From NCBI GenBank assembly GCA_903867855.1, contig CAIPTA010000181.1, forward strand, positions 12,038 to 76,037: 64,000 nucleotides of DNA, given 5' to 3'. The stretch comes from Oligoflexia bacterium. Its GTDB lineage: Bacteria > Bdellovibrionota > UBA1018 > CAIPTA01. The notes below the pieces were generated by a model. The model saw nothing but the letters and a program-made list of their open reading frames with translations, was not told the DNA's origin and ran no database searches. Made by a program: the position numbers and the translations under genes. Below, piece by piece: positions 47,689 to 57,433 of this stretch. Each line of letters opens with the position of its first letter. The stretch's first letter is position 1.

Positions 47689-48849
47689 TTGAAAAATCAA
47701 TTTGTAACTGTGGTCGCAATGTCCTGCTTTTTCCTGCACCTGGAAAGCTTTGCTGCTGGTGCGAAACCGGTTTCAACTCCTGTGCCGCAACTGGAACCGC
47801 CTTTAGAGTTCGGTGAGATATGGGATGCCGAACAAGAGATTAACCTCCAGAGTGTTTTGGATACCACTCAGGCGATGCTGCTAAAGCGTTCTGAAGGGGC
47901 TAGTTTCATTCGTCGTGATGCTCACCCAAAGCACCATGGATGTGTAAAGGCAGATTTTGTAGTGGATAGCTCATCGCTCGCTCCTGAGCTCCGTGTAGGA
48001 ATTTTCGCAGAAAATACGAAAAAAGTTTTCCCTGCTATTATCCGATTCTCTAATGGCAATCCCGATGGCGGCCAGAGTGCTGATCTCGCGAAAGACATTC
48101 GCGGCATGGCTGTGAAGCTCATCAATATTGAAGGCACCAAATCTGGTAGCCAGGATTTCGTGATGCTTACGAGTAAAGAATTTTTTAGCAAAAATGGGAA
48201 GGACTACCATGAGCTCCACGATGCGCTCGGCGGCGGTTCGCTTTCAACTCTTTGGTATTTGCTGCTTCATGGCACGGAGCGTTCGATTCTTTTGAACAGC
48301 CAGATAGAGGCGGCAAACCCTCTGCAGCTTAGCTACTTTAGTTCAGTTCCTTATAAGCTTGGTGCGCGCACGATGAAATTCAAGGTGGAGCCATGTGCCG
48401 TGAATCCAAAAGATACAGTGCCAGGTAAAGATGCAAATACGAATTATTTACGAGAACGATTGGCTAGCAGTTTAGCGAAAAACGCCTCGTGTTTTGATTT
48501 TTTTGTAGAGCCTAATATGGACATGGAAACTCAACCCGTGGAAAATCCAATGATCCCATGGGACGAAACAAAATCACCCTATATTAAAGTGGCAAGCATC
48601 CAAATCCCAGTGCAGCAAGGAAGTGATTCTGAGGGCCAACTCAATTTTTGTGAAAATTTGAGTTTTGATCCTTGGCATACGCTTCCAGGCACTCGTCCGA
48701 TGGGACAAATTAATCGCATGCGCGCCAAAATCTATCCGTTCATTTCTTCTCTTCGCCACCAATATAATAATACGCCGATACTAGAGCCTCGCGATCAGAA
48801 CTTCTGCGCCGGTGAATCTGCGGCTCTTTGCGCCGCGCCCAAGCATTAG
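47689..48849 (+). CDS. secreted catalase-related (catalase-fold haem) protein
   Basis: TTG start with an AGAGG RBS. Signal peptide. FIRRDAHPKHHG..F....IIRFSNGNPDGGQSADLAKDIRGMAVKL aligns with the catalase core FDRERIPERVVHAKG..F...VRFSTV.GERGSADT.RDPRGFA.KF. Confidence 0.5.
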   Translation: MKNQFVTVVAMSCFFLHLESFAAGAKPVSTPVPQLEPPLEFGEIWDAEQEINLQSVLDTTQAMLLKRSEGASFIRRDAHPKHHGCVKADFVVDSSSLAPELRVGIFAENTKKVFPAIIRFSNGNPDGGQSADLAKDIRGMAVKLINIEGTKSGSQDFVMLTSKEFFSKNGKDYHELHDALGGGSLSTLWYLLLHGTERSILLNSQIEAANPLQLSYFSSVPYKLGARTMKFKVEPCAVNPKDTVPGKDANTNYLRERLASSLAKNASCFDFFVEPNMDMETQPVENPMIPWDETKSPYIKVASIQIPVQQGSDSEGQLNFCENLSFDPWHTLPGTRPMGQINRMRAKIYPFISSLRHQYNNTPILEPRDQNFCAGESAALCAAPKH

Positions 48850-50162
48850 AAATAGGGCTCTAAAATTTCTCGGCCATTGATTTTGGCTCGTAAGGTTGTG
48901 AGGGCGGTGAAGACTCCCAAGATCTTCCTATCTAAAAAAAGTAGCTCTTGTGGCGGCGTACGCAGCATGAATTTTTTCGGAATTTCTAGGGCGCGCTCCG
49001 CTACGCGCTTCGGCAAGTTTCCCTCAGCCCAAGCATATTCATCCGTCTGAAATGGCTCCACGATGAGGCTGCACAAAGCATGCAGATAGTCTTTCAATTC
49101 TTCGGAGTCGCCAGGCACCAGCACTCTGAGGGCAATGGTGGCCGCCTCAAATTCTTGGCGATCCTTGCGCAAAATACCCCTTAGCATGCGCAAGTGAGTA
49201 TGTGTAAAAGCAGGCTCGAACTCTCTCACGGCGCCGAAATCATAGAGTATCCATTTATCTTCTTCGCCATTTTTACCAAGGTGAATACGGTAATTTCCAA
49301 AATGAGGATCTGTTTGCACAATGTGCAATTCATAAATTTCTTTGAAGAGGAGGCTTAAGAGATCTTTAGATAATTTATTGCGTCTGGCTTGAGAAAGCTT
49401 TGCTATTTCATCGCTATCCACACCAACACCAGGCAAATACTCCATGGCTAAAATTCGTTTTCCAGAAAACTCAGGAAAGGGCTTCGGGATGAGAAAGTTG
49501 TTGCCCAGTTTCTCGCGAAAGTATTCGAGACGCTTTAGTTCCAGTTCATAGTCGAGCTCTTGCTTCAACATGAACTTAATTTCAGCAAACACAGGATCCA
49601 TATTTGGCAGCTTTGGAATGGCGCTAGAAAATTTTAGGAAGTTTTTGAGGGCGCGGAGATCGCTATCCACCGCATCGTCTACCCCAGGATACTGAACCTT
49701 AAGCACAATATTTTCGTTAGTACTTAGAATAGTGGCACGATGAACTTGCCCTAAGGAGGCCGCCCCTAGGGCTTCATCGTCGATTTTTAGCTTTGCCATT
49801 CGCTCTTTTCCGAGCCTGCGGGTGATGGTTTTCTCCATCTCTTCCCATTCTACAGCTGGAGAATTCGAGTGGAGGGTTTTTAGGAGTGCATTGATTTCGG
49901 GTGGAAAAAAATGCTCACCATACATGGAGAGCATCTGGCCCACCTTCATGAGGCTACCCTTAAGCTCACCAAACTCTTTCGCAAGCGCAGCCGCTTGGGA
50001 TAGTCGCAAGGCTTGTTTGCCAAGCTTCTTTTTTGTTTCGTCAGAAAAGATCGAGCCAAGGCTTTCTGCGGCACTCTTCGCCCCAGCTTCCATGCCGAGC
50101 ATCGCGAGACTCATGCTTCGAGAAAAGAGTCCGGATTTAATTTTTTTGATCTTTTTTGCCAT
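48846..50162 (-). CDS. ABC1/UbiB-family atypical kinase
   Basis: ..AAASLGQVHRA..VLKVQYPGV.. and HTDPHFGNY are the ABC1 kinase motifs. Confidence 0.8.
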   Translation of the reverse strand: MAKKIKKIKSGLFSRSMSLAMLGMEAGAKSAAESLGSIFSDETKKKLGKQALRLSQAAALAKEFGELKGSLMKVGQMLSMYGEHFFPPEINALLKTLHSNSPAVEWEEMEKTITRRLGKERMAKLKIDDEALGAASLGQVHRATILSTNENIVLKVQYPGVDDAVDSDLRALKNFLKFSSAIPKLPNMDPVFAEIKFMLKQELDYELELKRLEYFREKLGNNFLIPKPFPEFSGKRILAMEYLPGVGVDSDEIAKLSQARRNKLSKDLLSLLFKEIYELHIVQTDPHFGNYRIHLGKNGEEDKWILYDFGAVREFEPAFTHTHLRMLRGILRKDRQEFEAATIALRVLVPGDSEELKDYLHALCSLIVEPFQTDEYAWAEGNLPKRVAERALEIPKKFMLRTPPQELLFLDRKILGVFTALTTLRAKINGREILEPYF

Positions 50163-50163
50163 G

Positions 50164-51534
50164 CTATTTTTTAAAAAGTGCCAGCGCTTTTGCCCTTTGG
50201 ATCGAATGATCTACGATGGGTAGCGGATAGCCCAAAATGCCATCGGGGCAGTGAATCGTTTTTTTTCCCTGCAATTTTAGCTCTGGCACTTCGGAGCGAA
50301 TGAAAGCACCATCCGGATCAAAGCGTTCCGATTGAGAGTAAGGATTGAATATGCGGAAATAGGGCTGGGCATCGCAGCCTGTGGAGGCGGACCACTGCCA
50401 GCCACCATTATTCGCTGCTAAGTCAAAATCGAGAAGGTGCTTGGCAAAATAATCTTCGCCGAGTCGCCAATCAACAAGTAAATCCTTTGTTAGAAAGGAA
50501 GCCACTACCATGCGCAAGCGATTGTGCATCCAGCCTGTGGTATTGAAGTGTCTCATTGCTGCATCGATGATAGGAAAGCCAGTTTTGCCTGCACACCACG
50601 CTTCGAAGTGTTCTTTTTTTCCTGGCCACACAATGCCTTCCAGTTCCTTTTTAAAGCTATGACCCACCACATGGGGGTTATTAGCGAGTATCATATGATA
50701 AAAATCTCGCCAGGTGAGTTCATTCAGCCATGCTGCTGGGCCTTCGCCGTCTAGATTATTTACTGCTCGCACTGCCTCGCGAACGCTCAAGGTGCCAAAG
50801 CGAAAGTGCACAGAGAGACCAGAGGTGCCATCAACGCTTGGAATATCTCGCAGCTTTTTGTAGTCGTGAATTTTGGGAAGGAATGCTCTCAAGCGTTTTA
50901 GCGCGGCCGTTCTTCCCGGTTCCAACCAAAGCGGGCTAGGCGTAAATCCGATCTGTTTCATCGACCATTCATGGTTGTATGAACTAATTTCGGAGGCGGC
51001 CAAGAGTGCTTTCCAGCGCACTTTCTTCTCTTCGTAGTGCTCGGGCCGCATCGCTTTGAGCCAGGCATTCTTATAAGCGGTATAGACCTTAAAGCTCTCG
51101 CCGCTGCCGTTCAATATCTCTCGTTTTTCGAAAATCACTTGGTCTTTGAAGCTATGAAAGGCAATCCCTTGTGACTGGAGACCCTTATGAACCTTGGCAT
51201 CTCGGGAAATCGCATAAGGCTCATAGTCGGCATTAGTGAATACAGCATCAATGCTAAGCGCTTTTGCAACTTTGGGGATCTCTTCTGTAGGATCACCTAT
51301 CCTTACAAGGAGTTGGCTGCCATTTTCTCGGAGTTTTTGATCAATTTCTTCCAGGCTTTTATGAATGAACGTGAGGCGACGATCCTGCCGATCCAGCTTA
51401 TTCAGGATTTTAGGATCAAAGTTAAAGCAAACCACGAGTTCGTCGCCAAAGGCCGCCGCAGCAGCTAAAGCGGCATGATCATTGAGTCGTAAATCTCTAC
51501 GGATCCAGCAAAGCGCCCTTTTTTTCTTTTGCAT
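50164..51534 (-). CDS. deoxyribodipyrimidine photolyase / cryptochrome-family flavoprotein
   Basis: N-terminal alpha/beta domain (LCWIRRDLRLNDHAAL) and FAD-binding C-terminus (TGFPIIDAAMR..TGWMHNRLRMVVASFL..DWR.GEDYF..LLDFDLA.NNGGWQW). Start taken at the ATG at 51534. Confidence 0.85.
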   Translation of the reverse strand: MQKKKRALCWIRRDLRLNDHAALAAAAAFGDELVVCFNFDPKILNKLDRQDRRLTFIHKSLEEIDQKLRENGSQLLVRIGDPTEEIPKVAKALSIDAVFTNADYEPYAISRDAKVHKGLQSQGIAFHSFKDQVIFEKREILNGSGESFKVYTAYKNAWLKAMRPEHYEEKKVRWKALLAASEISSYNHEWSMKQIGFTPSPLWLEPGRTAALKRLRAFLPKIHDYKKLRDIPSVDGTSGLSVHFRFGTLSVREAVRAVNNLDGEGPAAWLNELTWRDFYHMILANNPHVVGHSFKKELEGIVWPGKKEHFEAWCAGKTGFPIIDAAMRHFNTTGWMHNRLRMVVASFLTKDLLVDWRLGEDYFAKHLLDFDLAANNGGWQWSASTGCDAQPYFRIFNPYSQSERFDPDGAFIRSEVPELKLQGKKTIHCPDGILGYPLPIVDHSIQRAKALALFKK

Positions 51535-51655
51535 TGGCCGAATATACCCCAATTTTAAATTTGATAGGGAAAAATGCAGAAAATTCCTTTTCTGACGCAC
51601 TATTTAGGCGTATAGAATAGGCATCAAAAATGTTCCCTGAAGAGGAGTGCTTCTC

Positions 51656-52543
51656 ATGTCAGATTCTAGACAAGTGAATTTAAAAACAGGTCTCGCCGAA
51701 ATGCTAAAAGGCGGCGTGATTATGGACGTGATGAACGTAGAGCAAGCCAAGATCGCAGAAGCAGCGGGTGCAGTAGCGGTAATGGCGCTTGAGCGCATTC
51801 CAAGCTTGATCCGCAGCCAGGGCGGCGTGGCTCGCATGAGCGATCCAAAAATGATTTCCGATATCATGCAGGTAGTTTCCATTCCTGTGATGGCAAAGTG
51901 TCGAATTGGCCATTTTGCAGAAGCGCAAATCTTGCAGCAACTCGGTGTTGATTTTATCGATGAATCCGAAGTGCTCACTCCTGCGGATGAAGCAAATCAC
52001 ATAAATAAATTTGATTTTAAGGTTCCTTTTGTTTGTGGTTGCACCAATTTGGGTGAAGCCCTTCGCCGCATCGGTGAAGGCGCTGCCTTGATTCGTACCA
52101 AGGGCGAAGCTGGCACTGGCAATGTGGTAGAAGCAGTTCGCCACATGCGCCAACTCATGACGGAGATTCGTCGCCTCAAAACATTAGATAGCACTGAGCT
52201 TTTCGCGGAGGCAAAACGTTTGCAGGCACCGTTAGAAATCGTGCAGCTTACTGCAAAACTCGGACGCCTTCCCGTGCCAAATTTTGCCGCTGGTGGCGTG
52301 GCGACTCCGGCAGATGCTGCGCTGATGATGCAGCTTGGGGCTGAAACTGTATTTATTGGTTCTGGCGTATTCCAAGATGCTACCGCAAAAGAAGCCGAGG
52401 CTCGCGCGCGTGCCGTAGTGAAGGCAACTGCGCAATTCAATAATCCAGCAATTCTACTTGAGGCCTCCACTGGCTTACCAAAAGCCATGACCGGTGTAGA
52501 AGCCGTAGCTCCTGAAAATCGTTTGGCAGGGCGCGGTTGGTAA
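51656..52543 (+). CDS. pdxS: pyridoxal 5'-phosphate synthase lyase subunit
   Basis: [46 protein letters not shown] is near-invariant PdxS sequence. AGAGGAG RBS before the ATG at 51656. Confidence 0.95.
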   Translation: MSDSRQVNLKTGLAEMLKGGVIMDVMNVEQAKIAEAAGAVAVMALERIPSLIRSQGGVARMSDPKMISDIMQVVSIPVMAKCRIGHFAEAQILQQLGVDFIDESEVLTPADEANHINKFDFKVPFVCGCTNLGEALRRIGEGAALIRTKGEAGTGNVVEAVRHMRQLMTEIRRLKTLDSTELFAEAKRLQAPLEIVQLTAKLGRLPVPNFAAGGVATPADAALMMQLGAETVFIGSGVFQDATAKEAEARARAVVKATAQFNNPAILLEASTGLPKAMTGVEAVAPENRLAGRGW

Positions 52544-53109
52544 TCGGGATATTAGCCTTGCAAGGCTGCGTAGAGCCCCATGCGGAGCATTTACGCTCTC
52601 TTGGTATTAGCGTGCGCTATGTGAGGCTTCCCTCTGATCTAGATGGAATCGATGGCTTGATTTTGCCGGGCGGCGAGAGCACCACCATGCTGAAGTTGGC
52701 TAGGGTGTTTGGTGTGTGGGAAAAACTCCTTCCGCTAAGTAAGCAAATTCCATTTTGGGGTATTTGCGCGGGTTCCATCCTGATGGCCACCCAGGTAGAA
52801 AATCCAGAGCAAGAATCTCTGGGCGTAATTGATCTTACTGTACGTCGCAATGCTTATGGTCGTCAGCTAGAGAGTTTTCAAGGAAATGTAGATACCGATA
52901 CTGGCCCAGAGGCGGCTGTTTTCATTCGTGCGCCGAAGTTCACAAAATTTGGATCTACAGTGAAAGTTGCGGGCAGGGTGAATGGCGAAGCGGTTTTCCT
53001 AGAAGAAGGAAGGCATATGGTCACGGCCTTTCATCCGGAGATGACGGACTCCAATTGGTGTCACCAACGCTTCTTAGCTAAAATTTCTGCGAATACGCCT
53101 GGCCTTTAA
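52537..53109 (+). CDS. pdxT: pyridoxal 5'-phosphate synthase glutaminase subunit
   Basis: IGILALQG...[18 protein letters not shown].. is the class-I glutamine amidotransferase triad. TTG start overlaps the pdxS stop. Confidence 0.9.
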   Translation: MVIGILALQGCVEPHAEHLRSLGISVRYVRLPSDLDGIDGLILPGGESTTMLKLARVFGVWEKLLPLSKQIPFWGICAGSILMATQVENPEQESLGVIDLTVRRNAYGRQLESFQGNVDTDTGPEAAVFIRAPKFTKFGSTVKVAGRVNGEAVFLEEGRHMVTAFHPEMTDSNWCHQRFLAKISANTPGL

Positions 53110-54611
53110 GCTCGCGGAATAAAACTTCCGTGGAAACCGAGCGGTAGGTAGCGCCCAAGCCAGGCCCGTGCCACAAGCTCTAAACTAATTTCTTTGCGAA
53201 TATCTAGAAATGTTTCATCTCGATCTGCATCGTAGCCAAGATGGAGAATCCACGCATTTTTATCATCTGGAACATAGAGCGGTTCGCCGAGGCACTGCCG
53301 CGCAGAAACCGTAATTCTCTTTGCGCTGCGAGCTTCTAGATCCCAGCAGGCGAGGGTATTGAAGGCTAAAGGGTCCTCATTACCGAAAGCAGCTTCGAGC
53401 AAATGGTAGTGACTCATGGGCTTGCCAAGGAGATGCGAATTCACGCCGGGAAAATCTGTGGGCACTCCATCACTAATTTGCGTGCGCGAGCGGAGTTTCA
53501 TTGTGGCGAGATCGATGCTAAAGCGCGTGATCCAGGAGTTGGGGGATGGCGGCATCACGTCTGCTGACCAGTTCTCAAACATCGCGTAGGCAGAATCATC
53601 GGGCATCACCACGGAATCAAAATGGAGCTGACCTGATTCCTCCCATGCATTGCAATGGTGGAAGGCGAGTCCGCCCGGTGAGCTTTCAATCTCTAGTGGC
53701 GAGGCTGAGCCATCTTTTCTCACCAAGATGATGCGGAATGGTTTGCTGCCATCATACTCTAAGAGATCGGCGATGGGAGATTGTCCGAGGGCGGCCCCGA
53801 GTAGTTTTACTTTTAAGGGCGCAACCAAAAAAACCATATAGTTTTCTGTGAGCAGACAATCATGGATCGGAAAAAAACCGCCGAGCGAATGGCTAGCCAC
53901 TTGTGTGAGCTGCTCACTGCCTTTTGCTAGACGAAAAACTTTTAGCTCCGGAGAAAGCGCTTGTGTGATGCCATAGCTATACACATCTCCCGTTACTGGA
54001 TCTAGCTTTGGGTGCGCTGTGAAGGTGGTATGCACGGCAAGGGAGCCACCAAAATTCCAGGTACCGGTGGCGTGCAAGCTTTCTGGATCAAGAGCTGTGG
54101 GCCAGCTCGATTCCGATAAGGCTAATAATTTACCGCCAATAGTTTGAATATTAATATTGGGTGGATATTTATAGCCGCGAGAGTGGCCTTCGCAAGCTGT
54201 GCCGAATTCGGTATAAAGCATTTTTTTGGCTGCTTGCTCTGCAGCGCGCTCTGGCGTGCCTACGAAAGCGCTTTGCAGTTGCACTCTGGAATCTGAAATG
54301 TGGAGAGCAGAGAGATAGGCATCTCCGTCAAAAAAATGGGTGAGCTCGCGACCAAAGGTCTCTTTAGATCCGGGTCCGATGCGATAGAGGGTGCCGCGGA
54401 TAGAGGCAGGAATGCTGCCTTCAATTTCTGTAATTGTGGCAGGGCCTTCAAAACTCGCGCTGCGATAGGCGAGCCAACTCAAGCGTTGTTTCGCGGTAGA
54501 GAGCGAAGTGGTTTTTTGAAAAAAACTCCACGCCCGGATAGGCACAGAGAGCGATGCTGCGAACCCTAGGCTGCCGAGACTAATGGTTTGCAAGAATTTT
54601 CTTCGTTCCAT
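53106..54611 (-). CDS. Tat-exported carotenoid-cleavage (RPE65/lignostilbene) dioxygenase-family protein
   Basis: Tat motif MERRKFLQTISLGSLGFAASLS. ..THFFDGDAY.. and further His-containing beta-propeller blades are typical of carotenoid oxygenases. Confidence 0.7.
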   Translation of the reverse strand: MERRKFLQTISLGSLGFAASLSVPIRAWSFFQKTTSLSTAKQRLSWLAYRSASFEGPATITEIEGSIPASIRGTLYRIGPGSKETFGRELTHFFDGDAYLSALHISDSRVQLQSAFVGTPERAAEQAAKKMLYTEFGTACEGHSRGYKYPPNINIQTIGGKLLALSESSWPTALDPESLHATGTWNFGGSLAVHTTFTAHPKLDPVTGDVYSYGITQALSPELKVFRLAKGSEQLTQVASHSLGGFFPIHDCLLTENYMVFLVAPLKVKLLGAALGQSPIADLLEYDGSKPFRIILVRKDGSASPLEIESSPGGLAFHHCNAWEESGQLHFDSVVMPDDSAYAMFENWSADVMPPSPNSWITRFSIDLATMKLRSRTQISDGVPTDFPGVNSHLLGKPMSHYHLLEAAFGNEDPLAFNTLACWDLEARSAKRITVSARQCLGEPLYVPDDKNAWILHLGYDADRDETFLDIRKEISLELVARAWLGRYLPLGFHGSFIPRA

Positions 54612-54779
54612 TTAAGCCACCTTTGCTTTTCGAAATCGTATCGCGAACTAAAGAAAATGCAATGGGTATAAATTAGGTTTATGGGATACCTTGCTTTTAA
54701 ATTGCTATGGCATTTCAAGTTCCCTATGGTAAAAATTAAGGCAGTCAATCTCATTAAGAATTAAGGAGGATCCTGAATT

Positions 54780-55328
54780 ATGATGTTCAAGCGTAATTTC
54801 TTTTTGTCCCTAGCGTGTCTACTATTTTTGGTTTCCGGTGCAGCAAAAGCAGATGGCCTGAAAACTGTTCCTTCTGTTGATTTGAATCAATACTTAGGCA
54901 CTTGGTATCAGATCTCTCGCAATATCCTGTTTTTTGAAATGGATTGTTCCGCTTGTTCTCGTCAAGTGCTTGCCCCACAAGCAGATGGTTCTGCTAGTGT
55001 TTGGAATACTTGCAATCAGGGCTCGCCGTTGGGTCGCGTAGTGAGTATTCGCGGCACAGCTACTGTGGAGAACCCACAAACGAATGCTGAACTTCTTGTA
55101 GATTTTGGTCTGCCAAACAAGGGTCAATATTGGATCATTGCTTTGGCTCCTGATTACCACTGGGCTGTTGTGTCTGATCCAACGAAAAAATCTCTTTACG
55201 TGCTTTCAAAAACTCCAACGCTTGATAGCGATTCTTATAAAGCGGCAGTGGCTGCTGCGAGCGTGCAAGTGGATACTTCTCAGCTTGCAATTACCAATCA
55301 ATCTGACTGTAGCTATCCAGCTAATTAG
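54780..55328 (+). CDS. blc: bacterial lipocalin (Blc-like)
   Basis: Signal peptide followed by the lipocalin SCR1 motif YLGTWYQISR. Confidence 0.65.
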   Translation: MMFKRNFFLSLACLLFLVSGAAKADGLKTVPSVDLNQYLGTWYQISRNILFFEMDCSACSRQVLAPQADGSASVWNTCNQGSPLGRVVSIRGTATVENPQTNAELLVDFGLPNKGQYWIIALAPDYHWAVVSDPTKKSLYVLSKTPTLDSDSYKAAVAAASVQVDTSQLAITNQSDCSYPAN

Positions 55329-55342
55329 CGGAGATAGTGGCC

Positions 55343-56275
55343 ATGACAAGAGCAGCTCTATTCTTTTTGCTAGTTCTTAGCGGCTTATTGGCGAATATCC
55401 AGGCAAAGGCAGATGGTCTGCAATTGCCTGGGCCTCCTGTAAGCGCGGCTAACCCGGGGAGCAAGGTATATTCCTATTCAGTGCAGGGCGCTGAGATCAG
55501 CTGTTCTGGACGAAAGGTTAATCTCTTTGTTCCCACTGGTGGAAGCGGCTCGGAAGTATTCCCCGTATTGGTGTATGGTCATGGCCAGGCTCTTTCCTTA
55601 GAAAATTATCAGGCTACGCTTGAGCATTTAGCCAAGAAAGGTATCGTAGTTATTTTTCCCGCCTACGATACTGGCTTCTTTGATACCAACTGGATTCGTA
55701 TGGGAACAGACTATGTGAATCTCGCGGCATGCGCGATGGCGAGTTTAGGGAAACAAGTCACAGTTGAGCAAGTGGTTTTCGCAGGCCATTCGAAAGGTGG
55801 CTATGTGGCGGGTGTGGCGGCAGGAGTTGCGTTTAAGAACAAGATGTCAATTAAACCGAAGACGGTTATTTTGTTAGAGCCAGCCGGTGCAGATCTCGAT
55901 TCACTTCGGTTTCTAGATCCTTCTGTTTCCATGACAGTAGTTTTCTCGGATCACGATACCATTGTGAAAGAAAGTATCGCTCAATCCATCTATAGTTCTG
56001 CGCCGAGTATAATAAAGCAGTTTATTGGTCTAAAAAGCTATGATCAAACAATTCCGACTGTTACTGCAGATCATTTCTGGCCTTTGACGAAGAGTTCCGC
56101 CTTCGGTGGGGGCAGTGAAAATGCACTCCATTACTATGGCGAATGGAAATGGCTCACTGCTGCGGCTTTGGATGTAGCGGCCGGCGCTAAGTTCAATAAT
56201 CCCTATTTATATGGTGAGGAGGCCCTGGATAAGGGCATACCTAATTTCAAGGATAGCGTGCAGCGAAGTTTCTAG
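55343..56275 (+). CDS. secreted alpha/beta-hydrolase (esterase/lipase-like)
   Basis: Signal peptide. ..VLVYGHGQA.. oxyanion region and nucleophile elbow FAGHSKGG. Confidence 0.6.
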   Translation: MTRAALFFLLVLSGLLANIQAKADGLQLPGPPVSAANPGSKVYSYSVQGAEISCSGRKVNLFVPTGGSGSEVFPVLVYGHGQALSLENYQATLEHLAKKGIVVIFPAYDTGFFDTNWIRMGTDYVNLAACAMASLGKQVTVEQVVFAGHSKGGYVAGVAAGVAFKNKMSIKPKTVILLEPAGADLDSLRFLDPSVSMTVVFSDHDTIVKESIAQSIYSSAPSIIKQFIGLKSYDQTIPTVTADHFWPLTKSSAFGGGSENALHYYGEWKWLTAAALDVAAGAKFNNPYLYGEEALDKGIPNFKDSVQRSF

Positions 56276-56287
56276 CTGGCAATTAGA

Positions 56288-56602
56288 TTAGAAGCAGGGC
56301 GAAAACCAAGGCTTTTGAGTCATGGTTTGCACTTCAATGGTTTCACCTTTATCGTTGGTTTGTTTGGCGGTAAACCAAATATAGTTGCACATAAAGCCGC
56401 CACTAATACCATTTTCATTTACTGTGCTTTCATCGAGAGTCCAGCTCTCGTTGTTTATTTCCCGATCTGCATCGATTTGGGCATTAAATTTATAGATTGC
56501 TGCCGCTTTGCATTCAGGCAAGTAGGACGGCTCACTTTTAGCCAGCGCAGAAACGCTACCAAGAAGAGCAATGGCACAGAACATTGTTGGGATCAGGCGC
56601 AT
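56288..56602 (-). CDS. small secreted hypothetical protein
   Basis: ATG at 56602 with a GGAG RBS. Signal peptide MRLIPTMFCAIALLGSVSALA. Confidence 0.35.
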   Translation of the reverse strand: MRLIPTMFCAIALLGSVSALAKSEPSYLPECKAAAIYKFNAQIDADREINNESWTLDESTVNENGISGGFMCNYIWFTAKQTNDKGETIEVQTMTQKPWFSPCF

Positions 56603-56837
56603 AGTAAACTCCGATGCTTTTGATTTTGGGCAATCTATCATATGGACTAATTTAATCAAGTATTGTTCGCATTATATTGGCTCTTGCGGAGCGAGAGATA
56701 CGGCTCATCTCTTATATCTAATGATTTCAGTACTTTAAGTGTTTTCAGCTAGAAAGCACATTCCACTCTTCCGATGGGTTATCCCGTCGTCCAAGGCTAT
56801 AACCATGTTCGTGCAGAAGAACTAAAAGGAGCCCCCA

Positions 56838-57410
56838 ATGTTGAAATCCATACTTAGAAACCAAATGCTACTTAGTCTATTCCTTGCCATGATTGCGTAT
56901 AGCTCAGGCAATACCAATGCCTATGCGCAGAGCTTTTACGGTGGTGGTGGTGGCCGTGGAGAGGCATTAGATCCGAGCTATGCGGAAGAGGCCGAACAAA
57001 TGCGCAATGAGGCCGTGCAGATTTACCGAGATGCAGCCAAACAATCTGGCGATGAAGCCTTAAGTCAAATCGCAGATGCTTTGTCGAGTTCGCAGCTGCT
57101 TTCAGGAGATGTTGGCACCTGCTACGGTGGAGGAAAAGATCTAGTCTGTAGTGCAATAACTTATCCCATGGAAGCCGCCACTTACTTTTGCACCGAACCA
57201 ACTATGCCTTTACTGCTTCATGAGGCGGCCCATCTCATTCAATCGAATGGACAAGTGGAAGGCGCCGAGGTGGAATGCGAAGCTGATAAGCATATGATCA
57301 TGGCCTTTTACTACGGCAGAGGTGAAGTTGAGCATGGGCTATATGACAAGATTTTCCGTTGCCCTGGCAATCTCGAAATGGAGCGTAAGTTCCGTAGTGG
57401 TGGCAGATAG
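56838..57410 (+). CDS. small secreted protein with HExxH zinc-binding motif
   Basis: Signal peptide, Gly-run, then ..MPLLLHEAAHLIQ.. (HEAAH) and 6 Cys in 190 aa. Confidence 0.45.
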   Translation: MLKSILRNQMLLSLFLAMIAYSSGNTNAYAQSFYGGGGGRGEALDPSYAEEAEQMRNEAVQIYRDAAKQSGDEALSQIADALSSSQLLSGDVGTCYGGGKDLVCSAITYPMEAATYFCTEPTMPLLLHEAAHLIQSNGQVEGAEVECEADKHMIMAFYYGRGEVEHGLYDKIFRCPGNLEMERKFRSGGR

Positions 57411-57433
57411 ATAGCTCTGTCACGTCCCACTGC

